A DNA stretch of 64,000 bases from Mobula hypostoma (taxonomy: Eukaryota): NCBI RefSeq assembly GCF_963921235.1, contig NC_086097.1:199952001-200016000 (forward strand). The letters are read 5' to 3'. Below the pieces are notes generated by a model that saw nothing but the letters and a program-made list of their open reading frames with translations, ran no database searches and had not been told where the DNA came from. Positions within the stretch are counted from its first letter, which is position 1. Each line of letters opens with the position of its first letter. The position numbers and the translations under genes are program-made. Below are positions 24,001 through 36,000 of this stretch, in pieces.

Positions 24001-27000
24001 CTTCTATTTCTCATAGGACCAAATAGTATGAAGTGAAATACACTTATAATTTACAGCAACTGTTAAGGGCTTTGACCAAATAGAAACATTTATCAAATTT
24101 AAGATTACAGTTTAGTTTATTTGTCACATGTATATTGAACCATCAAAATATGAAACTGTAACATGCATCATTTCCATCGATGACCAACACAGTTCGAGGA
24201 TTGTGCTGAGGGCAGCCTGCAAGTGTCACCATGTTAGCATTCCCACAATTCACTAAACCTAACTGTATGCCTGTGGAATGAGGGAGGAAACCAGAGAACC
24301 CAGAAGAGACACACGTCGTCACGGGTAAAACGTACAAACTTCTTACAGCCAGTGGTGGGAATTGAACCCCAACTGGTGAGTGCTGTTGCTATAAAGCATT
24401 GTAATGACTGCCATGCTACTGCACTGCCTTTTTGAACGCTTCTAAATACGGACCACAACAGTTCAACATTTCATCATCAAGATTCGCCTTGCCTTCTGGC
24501 TATTTCCTGACTCCAGCGCCCAGATGCTCAGTTTCATTTCACCACTGCTGTTGTCTGATTCTCCACTCTTCACCTTGTTGCTTGTTTCCACTATTGCTTT
24601 AACCCCAGCAACCTGCACCTCTGACCTTCGCTCTGCCGACACAGTTTATCTGGTATCGTCCTTGATCCTCAGAGCAATGCTCCAGGAGACGTAATAATAA
24701 GAAGCAAAAGATGGACAAATGAGCAAGTAAGAGTACTGACCAGTGGTAGTAGATTTTCTGTTGTAAAATGTTTCATTTATAACTGGCTGCAGTGAATCTG
24801 AAAACCACAGCGACGTCATATCTCTGTCTGCAAAATCAACAGAATATCAAACGGTTAATACCTCTGTTTTGCATTGTATTTTCTAATGACTTAAAGGAGA
24901 CTGTTGATTCTATGCTGACTCCCAGAACACTCCCATCAATCATATTCTTGTGTTTATTTCCCAGCAAACTACCGTCTCACACATGTCCTTAAAAACCTCC
25001 TGATTCTCCTACCAGCCACCTGCATCAGGGGTAACTTACAGCAAATTAAATGAACATCTAGGATGAAAATGAGGTGTGAAGCGCTCAAGAAACACCCTCA
25101 AATTCACAGGGAGAATACACAAACTGCACATAGTTAGCATCGAAGGTCAGGATCTAAACTGGAGCTTTGAAACACTTGCACTCTACCGTATTCTAATATA
25201 ACTATTATCACAGCATAACAATTAAAGGTTTCGAGATATTCTTGTACCTTTGTATTAAATTTCCATCTACTGCCATTTTCATCAATAGTATTTGGTTTAT
25301 CCTTGTGTTAATGACAATACCCTTTCTGTGTTTCCCCATAATAATGATATTGTTGTAGTAATAAATATACATTGGTATATTTTTTCAGGTAAACACTGGT
25401 ACTAGGTACCAGTGGCCATTGCCGTCAACTAGGTATGAGCAACACACACAAAATGCTGGAGAAACTCAGCAAGTCAGGTAGCAACTATGGTGGTGCGGGG
25501 GAGTAAACAGTTGACACTTTGGACTGAGACCCTTCATCAGGGTCTGGGCATGAACATCAACCATTTAGTCCCCTCTGTGGATGCTACCCTACTTTCTGAG
25601 TTCCTCCAACATTTTGTGTGTGTTGCTCAAGATTTCCAGCCTCGACAGAATTCCTTGTTTTTAGCAGAAGGCATGCTTTGCCTAGCGTTCATCACACCTG
25701 CGCCTGTCACAGTACAGATAGTCTCTCATTAGTAGTCAGGTGAAGTGCTGTAATGAATACTTAACAATCTAAACATAATGGCCTAACATATCAACATTCC
25801 ATGTTCAAGAAATATTTGAAAAATATGAATAGTATTTGCAAGCATTCATCCACCTGAAGGCCAAGCAGATCACTTGGATATAGCATGGAAGATGCTAATG
25901 TTTATGATGCAGCAGTATTCATGATCAGTGAAGGAAGGAACAGAAATGAAAATTAGTTTGAAAACCACTTAACAGAAATAATAGATATAATTGAAGAAAT
26001 GTACGCTACTCGCAGTCACACATTTCCTAATTCTAAAACATTTTGAAATCTAGACTAAGTTAATGAAGCTGAGTAAAAAATGACATAGGATGCAAACCAA
26101 CAACCTACACTAAAAAATTCAGATCATTGCACAAGGAAATTTTCAAGTACTGAAAATGACGGACTTGAAAATTTCATGTCATGCGCTTGTCCTTCAATTA
26201 CTAAAGTTGCCTCTTTGAAATCCATGAATAGTAAAGTCCTTACCAAAAGGAACAAGCAAATGATCTGCTGGACAGGGCACTACTTGAGATGTATCCAAGT
26301 GAGATGGATATCTCCCAGCCTGTGCTTGATGCTCTTCCACAGCTGCCTGGTATGAGAGAGCTCAATGCAGAACCTTCACAAACTGAACTCAAAAACGCTC
26401 TTTTGAGATAAGAAAGCACCTGGCAGGATTGTAATTCCAAATGAAGTTCACATCTTGTCATATTCCCATCAGTTGCTAATCCTCTATGGGCTCCTCCTTC
26501 TTGGTTGCCTCTCCCCATGGGTTGCACAAAGAACAAAAGTAACTGGGAAGGCAACCAAAACATCTCCATCCATAGCAAAATTGGAAGGACCTTTGCCAGA
26601 GTCATGCTAAAGGTTCTGTCAATTATCTGGCAGATTATATCCGGTGGGGACAGTGGAAAGATTGATAGCGAGCATTATCTTCTTTTTAAGTTGTCTTCAA
26701 GGCAAGTCAAGAGAACAGCAATGGCACTTTCTTCTGCTCATCCAGATTTGGCAGTGACCAGGATGGGTCACCAGCAGATAATGGAGGGGACCTGTCATCC
26801 CCTAAACATCGCAGTCTCTTTTGTTTCTGTCATGACAACAGGCACACCACTGTTTAGCAACATACTAGAGAGTACCCCAGTGGCTGTCCCCCTTAACAAT
26901 AAATACTTCTGTTTGAGTACTGTTGGGGACGACGGCCTACCTGGGGGAAGCAACAGTGGCCATACCTCTGGCACAGAGTCTGGTGTGGCTCAGAAGTGTA

Positions 27001-30000
27001 GGGAAAGGAAGAAGGCTGCAGTAATAGGGGACTCTATAGTTAGGAGTCAGACAGGCGATTCTGTGGATGCAGGAAAGAAACATGGATGGTAGTTTTCCTC
27101 CCAGATGCCAGGGTCCGGAATGTTTCTGATCGTGTCCAAGATACCCTGAAGTGGGAAGGTGAACAGCCAGAAGTCGTGGTACATATGGTACCAACGACAT
27201 AGGTAGGAAAAGGGAGGAGGTCCTGAAAACAGACTACAGGAAGTTAGGAAGGAAGTTGAGAAGCAGAACCACAAAGGTGGAAATACGTGGTTGAGGGATT
27301 GGGGCAGGGGACAAGGATTTAGATTTCTGGATCATTGGGACCTCTTTTCAGGCAGGCGTCACCTATACACTTGAATCTGAGGGGGACCAATATCCTGGCA
27401 GGGAAGTTTGCTAAGGCTATTGGGGAGAGTTTAAACTAGAATTGTTGGGGGGGGTGGGAACTGAAATGATGAGAAGGAGGAAGGGGCTGTTGGCTCACAA
27501 GCAGAGAAAGCTTGGAGACAATGTGAGAGTGAGGATAGGCAGGTGATAGAGAAGGGATATGCTCAGACCAGTGGTTTGAGATGTGTCTACTTTAATGCAA
27601 GAAGCATCATGAACAAAACGGATGAGCTTAAAGCATGCATCAGTACTTGGAGCTATGGTGTTGTGGCCATTACAGAGACTTGGATGGCTCAGGGGCAGGA
27701 ATGGTTACTTAGAGTGCCAGGCTTTAGATGATTCAGAAAGGACGGGGAGGGAGGTAGGGAGGACGGGCGAGACTGCGCAGGCGCGTGACGTCAATAGGAC
27801 CGCGCGGAGAGTTTAAAAAGGAGACTACCCTATACAGTGGGCAGCTGTCAGAGCGGGCAGCAGATTGAGTGGGAGCAGAGCGTAGGCTTTGGCTTCAACG
27901 GGCTTCGGCGGTAAACGGGAAGAGGCGAGAGCGAAGCGCCAACTCTTCTTTTTTCTCCCCCCGCCCCACTTTCGCGAATCAGCCCGGACAGACAGGAACA
28001 GCAAGGCTCACACAGCTAATGGTTTAAAAAGTTCGTCTGTTTGGCGAGGTAAGTGGGTGAGTAGACTTATTTTTCCTGTTTCATTCCTGCAGAATTAGAT
28101 AGCATGCCTGCAGGGTTAGTGCTTTGTTCAGGGTGTCAGAAGTGGGAATCCTGGGAGATCTCCAGCCTCCCTGATGGCCACAACTGCGCCAGGTGCACCG
28201 AGATGCAGCTCCTCAGAGACCGTGTTAGGGATCTGGAGCTGCAGCTTGATGACCTACTGCTTATTAAGGAAAGTGAAGAGGTGATAGACAGGAGCTACAG
28301 GGAGGTAGTCATCCCTAGGCTACAGGGGTCAGAAAACTGGGTCACTGTCAAGAGAGGGAAGGGAAATGCCCAGATAGTGGAGAGCACACCTGTGGCTGTC
28401 CCCCTCAGCAACAAATATCTTGTTCTGGATGCTGTTGAGGGGGATGACCTGACAGGGGACGCCCACGGTGACCGGGTCTCTGGCACTGAGCCTGGTGCTG
28501 TTGTGCAGGAGAGAAGGAGGGAGAAGAGAAATGCGGTAGCTGTAAGGGATTCCATAGTCAGGGGAATGGACAGGAGATTCTGTGAGCCTGATAGAGATAC
28601 CCGCATGGTGTGTTGCCTCCCAGGTGCCAGGGTACGGGATGTCTCGGATCGGGTCCTGAATATTCTACAGAGGGAGGGTGAGCAGCCAGTTGTCTTGGTA
28701 CATGTTGGTACCAATGACATAGATAGGACAAAGGAGGAGGTCCTGAAAAGATATTTCCAGGAATTAGGAAGGAAGCTGAGAAGCAGGACCTCCAGGGTAG
28801 TAATCTCGGGATTGCTACATATGCCACGTGCAAGTGAGGGCAAGAATAGTCGGATCAGGCAGATAAATGCGTGGCTGAGAGACTGGTGTAGGGGGCAGGG
28901 CTTCAGATTCTTGGATAATTGGGATCTCTTCTGGGGGAAGTATGACCTGTTCAAAAAGGACAGGTTACACCTGAACCTGAAGGGGAACAATATCCTGGTG
29001 GGAAAGTTTAATAGAGCTGTTAGGGAGGGTTAAAACTAATTTGGCAGGGGGATGGGAACCGGAATGACAGGGCGGAGGATGGGGAAAACAGAAATAAATC
29101 TAAGATAGTGAGCAGTAGAGATGTCAGGAAAGATAGGCAGGTGATGGGGCAAACTTGTAGCCATTAGGATGAGTTGCAGTGCAATAAAGTTGCAGTGAAA
29201 TCAAAGTGAAAAGTATCAAATACTGGTCTTAAGGTGTTGTACTTAAATGCACGCAGCATAAGAAATAAGGTGGATAGTCTTGTCGTACAGCTACAGATTG
29301 GCAGGTATGATATTGTGGCCATCACTGAGACCTGGCTAAAGGATGCATGTCTCTGGGAGCTGAACGTCCAAGGATACACGGTGTATCGGAAGGATAGGAA
29401 GGTAGGCAGAGAGGGAGGTGTGGCTTTATTGGTAAGAAATAATATTAAATCATTAGAAAGAGGTGATATAGGATCGGAAGGTGCAGAATCTTTATGGGTT
29501 GAGCTGAGAAATAATAGGGGTAAAAGGACCCTGATGGCAGTTATTTATAGGCCTCCAAACAGCTGCAGAGATGTGGACTACAAATTACAACTGGAAATAG
29601 AAAAGGCTTGTCAGAAGGGCAGTGTTATTATAATTGTGGGGGATTTTAACATGCGAATGGATTGGGAAAATCAGGTCGGCACTGGATCTCAAGAGAGAGA
29701 ATTTGTAGAATGTCTGCGAGATGGCTTTTTAGAACAGCTTTTTGTTGAGCCCACTAGGGGATCGGCTGTGCTGGATTGGGTATTGTGTAATGAACTGGAG
29801 GTGATTAGAGAGATTGAGGTGAGGGAACCCTTAGGAGGCAGTGGTCATAACATGATTGAGTTCACTGTGAAATTTGAAAAAGAGAAGCCGAAATCTGATG
29901 TGTCTGTATTTCAGTGGAGTAAAGGAAGTTACAGAGGCGTGAGAGAGGAACTGGCCAAAGTTGACTGGAAAGAGACACTGGTGGGAAAGACAGCAGAGCA

Positions 30001-33000
30001 GCAGTGGGTGGAGTTTATGCGAGAAATGAGGAATGTGCAAGACAGGTATATTCCAAAAAAGAAGAAATTTTTGAGTGGAGAAAGGATGCAAACGTGGTTG
30101 ACAAGAGAAGTCAAAGCCAAAGTTAAAGCAAAGGAGAAGGCATACAAGGAAGCAAAAAATTAGCGGGAAGACAGAGGATTGCGAAGTTTTTAAAACCTTA
30201 CAAAAGGAAACCAAGAAGGTCATAAGAGGGAAAAGATTAACTATGAAAGGAAGCTAGCAAATAATATCGAAGAGGATACTAAAAGCTTTTTCAAGAATAT
30301 AAAGAGTAAAAGACAGGTGAGAGTAGATATAGGACTGATAGAAAATGATGCTGGAGAAATTGTAATGGGAGATGAGGAGATGGCAGAGAAACTGAACAAG
30401 TATTTTGCATCAGTCTTCATTGAGGAAGACATCAGCAGTATACCGGACACTCAAGGGTGGCAGGGAAGAGAAATGTGCGCAGTCACAATTACGACAGAGA
30501 AAATACTCAGGAAGCTGAATAGTCTGAAGGTAGATAAATCTTCCGGACCAGATGGAATGCACCCACGTGTTCTGAAGGAAGTAGCTGTGAAGATTGTGGA
30601 GGCATTGGCGATGATCTTTCAAAAGTCGATAGATTCTGGCATGGTTCTGGAGGACTGGAAGATTGCAAATGTTACTCTGCTATTTAAGAAGGGGGCAAAG
30701 AAGCAAAAAGGAAATTATAGACCTGTTAGCTTGACATCGGTGGTTGGGAAGTTGTTGGAGTGGATTATCAAGGATGAGGTTACAGAGTACCTGGAGGCAT
30801 ATGACAAGATAGGCAGAACTCAGCATGGATTTCTTAAAGGAAAATCCTGCCTGACAAACCTATTACAATTTTTTGAGGAAATTACCAGTAGGCTAGACAA
30901 GGGAGATGTAGTGGATGTTGTATATTTGGATTTTCAGAAGACCTTTGACAAGGTGCCACACATGAGGCTACTTAACAAGATAAGAGCCCATGGAATTATG
31001 GGAAAGTTACATACATGGATAGAGCGTTGGCTGATTGGCAGGAAACAGAGATTGGGAATAAAGGGATCCTATTCTGGTTGGCTGCCGGTTACCAGTGGTG
31101 TTCCACAGGGATCAGTGTTGGGGCCGCTTCTTTTTACATTGTACATCAACGATTTGGATTATGGAATAGATGGCTTTGTGGCTAAGTTTGCTGATGATAC
31201 GAAGATAGGTGGAGGGGCCGGTAGTGCTGAGGAAACGGAGAGTTTGCAGAGAGACTTGGATAGATTGGAAGAATGGGCAGAGAAGTGGCAAATGAAGTAC
31301 AATGTTGGAAGGTGTATGGTTATGCACTTTGGCAGAAAAAATAAACGGGCAGACTATTATTTAAATGGGGAAAGAATTCAAAGTTCTGAGATGAAACGGG
31401 ACTTGGGAGTCCTCGTACAGGATGCCCTTAAAGTTAACCTCCAGGTTGAGTCAGTAGTGAAGAAGGCGAATGCAATGTTGGCATTCATTTCTAGAGGAAT
31501 AGAGTAAAGGAGCAGGGATGTGATGTTGAGGCTCTATAAGGCACTGGTGAGACCTCACTTGGAGTACTGTGGGCAGTTTTGGTTTCCTCATTTAAGAAAG
31601 GATGTGCTGACGTTGGAGAGGGCACAGAGAAGATTCACTAGAATGATTCTGGGAATGAGAGGGTTAACATATGAGGAACGTTTGTCCGCTCTTGGACTGT
31701 ATTCCTTGGAGTTTAGAAGAATGAGGGGAGACCTCATGGAAACATTTCGAATGTTGAAAGGCATGGACAGAGTGGATGTGGCAAAGTTGTTTCCCATGAT
31801 GGGGGAGTCTAGTACGAGAGGGTATGACTTAAGGATTGAAGGGCGCCCATTCAGAACAGGGATGCGAAGAAATTTTTTTAGCCAGAGGGTGGTGAATCTA
31901 TGGAATTTGTTGCCACGGGCAGCAGTGGAGGCCAAGTCACTGGGTGTATTTAAGGCAGAGATTGATAGGTATCTGAGTAGCCAGGGCATCAAAGGTTATG
32001 GTGAGAAGGCGGGGCAGTGGGACTAAATGGGAGAATGGATCAGCTCATGATAAAATGGCGGAGCAGACTCGATGGGCCGAATGGCCAACTTCTGCTCCTT
32101 TGTCTTATGGTCTTATGGTCTTAAAAGAGGTGGGGACGTGGCACTGCTGATCAGATATAGTGTCACGGCTGCAGAAAAGGAGGAAGTCAAGGAGGGATTG
32201 TCTACTGAGGCTCTGTGTGTGGAAGTTAGAAACAGGAGCAGGTCAATAACTCTACTGGGTGTTTTTTATACACCACCCAATAATAACATCGAGGAGCAGT
32301 TAGGGAGACAGATTCTGGAAAAATGTAATAATAACAGGGTTGTCATGGTGGGAGATTTTAATTTCCCAAATATTGATTGGCAGCTCCCTATAGCAAAGGG
32401 TTTAGATGGGGTGGAGTTTGTTAGGTGTGTTCAGGAGGGTTTCATGACACAATATGTAGATAAGCCTACTGTACTTGATCTGGTATTGGGGTAAGAATCT
32501 GGTCAGGTATCAGATCTCTCAGTGGGAGAGCATTTTGGAGATAGTGATCACAATTCCAGTTCCTTTACCATAGCATTGGAGAGGAATAGGAACAGACAAG
32601 TTAGGAAAGTGTTTAATTGGAGTAAGGGGAAATATGAAGCTATCAGGCAGGAACTTGGAAGCATAAATTGGGAACAGATGTTCTCAGGGAAATGTACGGC
32701 AGAAAAGCGACAAATATTCAGGGGATATTTGAGTGGCGTTACGCATAGGTACATTCCAATGAGACAGGGAAAAGATGGTAGGGTACAGGAAACCTGGTGT
32801 ACAAGGGCTGTTGAAAATCAAGTCAAGAATAAAAGAAAAGCTTATGAAAGGTTCAAAAAACTAGGTAATGATAGAGATCTAGAAGATTATAAGGCCAGCA
32901 GGAAGGAGCTTAAGAATGAAATTAGGAGAGCTAGGAGGGGCCATGAGAAGGCCTTGGCGAGCAGGATTAAAGAAAACCCCAAGGCATTCTACAAATATGT

Positions 33001-36000
33001 GAAGAGCAAGAGGATAAGGCATGAGAGAATAGGACCAAGCAAGTGTGACAGAGTAGAGATAGCCCAGGAAATTATAGACCAGTGTGTCTTACTTCAGTGG
33101 TTGTTAATTTGATGGAAAAGATCCTGAGAGGCAGGATTTATGAATATTTAGAGAGGCATAATATGATTAGGAATAGTCAGCAAGGCTTTGTCAAAGGCAA
33201 GTCATGCCTTACAAGCCTAATTGAATTTTTTGAGGATGTGACTAAACACATAGAAGAAAGTAGAGCAGTAGATGTAGTGTATATGGATTTCAGCAAGGCA
33301 TTTGATAAGGTATTCCATGCAAGGCTTATTGAGAAAGTAAGGAGGCATGGGATCCAAGGGGACATTGCTTTGTGGATCCAGAACTGGCTTGCACACAGAA
33401 GGCAAAGAGTGGTTGTGGACTGGTCATATTCTGCATGGAGGTCGGTGACCAGTGGTGTGCTGCAGTGATCTGTTCTGGGACCCTTACTTTTCGTGATTTT
33501 TATAAACGACCTGAATGAGCAAGTGGAGGGATGGGTTAGTAAATTTGCTGATGACACAAAGGTTGGGGGTGTTGTGGATAGTGTGGAGGGCTGTCAGAGG
33601 TTACAGTGGGACAGTAGGACATTGATAAGATGCAAAACTGGGCTGAGAAGTGGCAGATAGAGTTCAACCCAGATAAGTGTGGGGTGGTTCATTTCGTAGG
33701 TTAGTTATGATGGCAGAATGTAGTATTAATTTTAAGACTCTTGGCAGTGTGGACGATCAGAGGGATCTTGGAGTCTAAGTCTGTAGGACACTCAAAGTTG
33801 CTGCGCAGGTTGACTGTGTGGTTAAGAAGGTTAAGAAGGCATATGATGCATTGGCTTTTATCAACCGCGGGATTGAGTTTAAGAGCCGAGAGGTAATGTT
33901 ACAGCTATATAGGACCCTGGTCAGACCCCACTTGGAGTACTGTGCTCAGTTCTGGTCATCTCACTACAGGAAGGATGTGGAAACTATAGAAAGGGTGCAG
34001 AGGAGATTTACAAGGATGTTGTCTGGATTGGGGAGCATGCCTTATGAGAATGGATTAAGTGAACTTGGCCTTTTCTCCTTGGAGTGGCAGAGGATGAGAG
34101 GTGATCTGATAGAGACGTATAAGACAATGAGAGGCTTTGATCATGTGGATAGTCAGGCTTTTTCCCAGGACTGAAATGGCTAACATATGAGGGCACAGTT
34201 TTAAGGTGCTTGGAAGTAGGTACAGAGAAGATGTCAGGGGTAGCTTTTTTCAGGGGTAGGGTAGAGAGTGGTGAATGCATGGAATGGGCTGCTGGCAATG
34301 GTGGTTCTACCTACATTGCGTCACAAAAGAGAGGTCATTCAGCTCATCATTAGGGCCCAAGGCAATTTATTCTCTCTCACATCTCCATGTACTCCTCTTA
34401 AGTTCTTTAGCCTCTATTTAATTTTAGCCTCTCTAGCTTCACTAGGGGAAATTATTTTAGCCTCTCTAGCTTCACTAGGGGAAATTATTTTAGCCTCTCT
34501 AGCTTCACTAGGGGAAATTTATAATATCTAATTAACAACCAACAATTCTTTGGAAATCCAACAGTGAAAATGCACATGGTTACAGGGAAAATATGTTAAC
34601 TTTGCACAGGCTACTCCTGAGGTCAGTATTTACCCAAATTCCTGGAGCTACACTAACCACTGTGCTACCTTTCCTTATAAAGGTGGTCTCAGATAAAGAG
34701 TAAAGTGAAGCAGGCCTATGTGATAACCCCTACTTTATCGGACACCATGTTTTCCTGTTGCGGATTTACAGCTTCCCTCAGGATTCACAGGGTTTCAAGT
34801 TCAAGTTCAGTTCAAGTTCATTGCCATTCAACAATGCACATGTATGTAGTTAAGCGAAACATCATTTCTCCGGGGCCAAGATGCAAGACAAGAGTACATT
34901 TGGCCGCACACTGCACATAGTTAGGATGCAGCACAGACAAGTCACAGAATACTACTGAAGTCCCTGTGTGACATGGCCTGAAAATTGACAGGTTGACATC
35001 AAGTGTAAGGTGCATGTTTATGTATGACAGTATAGTGTTACTGGTGCTAGTATAATAAAACAAACAAAAATATGTGAAACATTAGCAGTAAAAAATGAAA
35101 AGTGACCAGTGCAGGATGAGAGTGTATCTGTGAGCTGGGGAGTGGGTGGAGGCTGGTCATTCAGACAGGGTGTATATGGGCGCTGGGTGGCAGTAGGGTG
35201 TCTAACAGCCTAGGGGAAGAAGCTGTCACCCAGCCTGACAGTTCTAGTTGTTATGCTGCATTACCTTCTGTCATCAGGTAGAAGAGATAGTGGAAAGGAT
35301 AGGAGGTGTCTTTGACAATGCTGGATGCAGTGTGCATGCAGCATTTCTGATATATATCCGGAGTGGGGGGGGGGAGGGAGAGACCCCAGTGACATTTACA
35401 GCAGCCCTTATTATTTTCCAACCTGATGCATTGCCATTCCCATACCAGACTGTGATGCGGATGGTCAGGGCACTCTGGATGGTGCTCCAGTAGAACGTAG
35501 TGAGAATAGGGGTTGTAAAGTTTTGCTTGCCTCAGTTTTCTCAGGAAGTGAAGGTGGTGCTCTGCTCTCTTGGTTGAAGGGGTAGTGTTGTGGGACGAAG
35601 TGAGATCGTCAGCTATGTGCACGCAAAGAAACTTGGTGCTCCTGTCTCTCTCTATGGAGAAGTCCTTGATATGCAGTAGAATGTGGTCAGCCTGCACCTT
35701 CCTGAAATTGAAATCATCTCATTAGTCTTGTCCACGTTGAAACTCAGGTTGGTGTGTTTATACAAGATGCTCTATCTTCTCTCTGTATGCTGTTTCATCA
35801 TTGCTGCTGATGAGGCCAACTACTGTTGTGTTATCAGTTAACTTAATGATATGATTAGAAATGGATCTGGCAGTTCAACCAGGCGTTAGCAATGTGAACA
35901 GCAGTGGGCTGAGCACACAGACCTGGGGGGACTAGTGCTCAGCGTGATGGAGCCAGGATTATTGCTGCCAGTCTGGACTGTTTGTGGCTCTTGCATCTGT

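Larger units (their letters stand above)
26862..34305 (+). mobile_element. CR1 (same family as 15695-18888) split by a full-length CR1 insertion
   Basis: The endonuclease sequence ...GFR.FRKDGEGG breaks at about 27756 and resumes KRGGDVALLI at about 32123; RT fragments run to about 34300. Confidence 0.9.

Noticed and set aside
28049..28092. gtaagt...pyrimidine tract-cag in the CR1 5'UTR just before ORF1
   Set aside because: 44 nt is below the usual vertebrate minimum intron size.
28295..28990. 231-aa antisense ORF (and similar antisense ORFs over other CR1 copies)
   Set aside because: Shadow frames of LINE coding sequence.
34421..34519. CRISPR-like repeat
   Set aside because: Units are adjacent with no spacers, and the context is eukaryotic.
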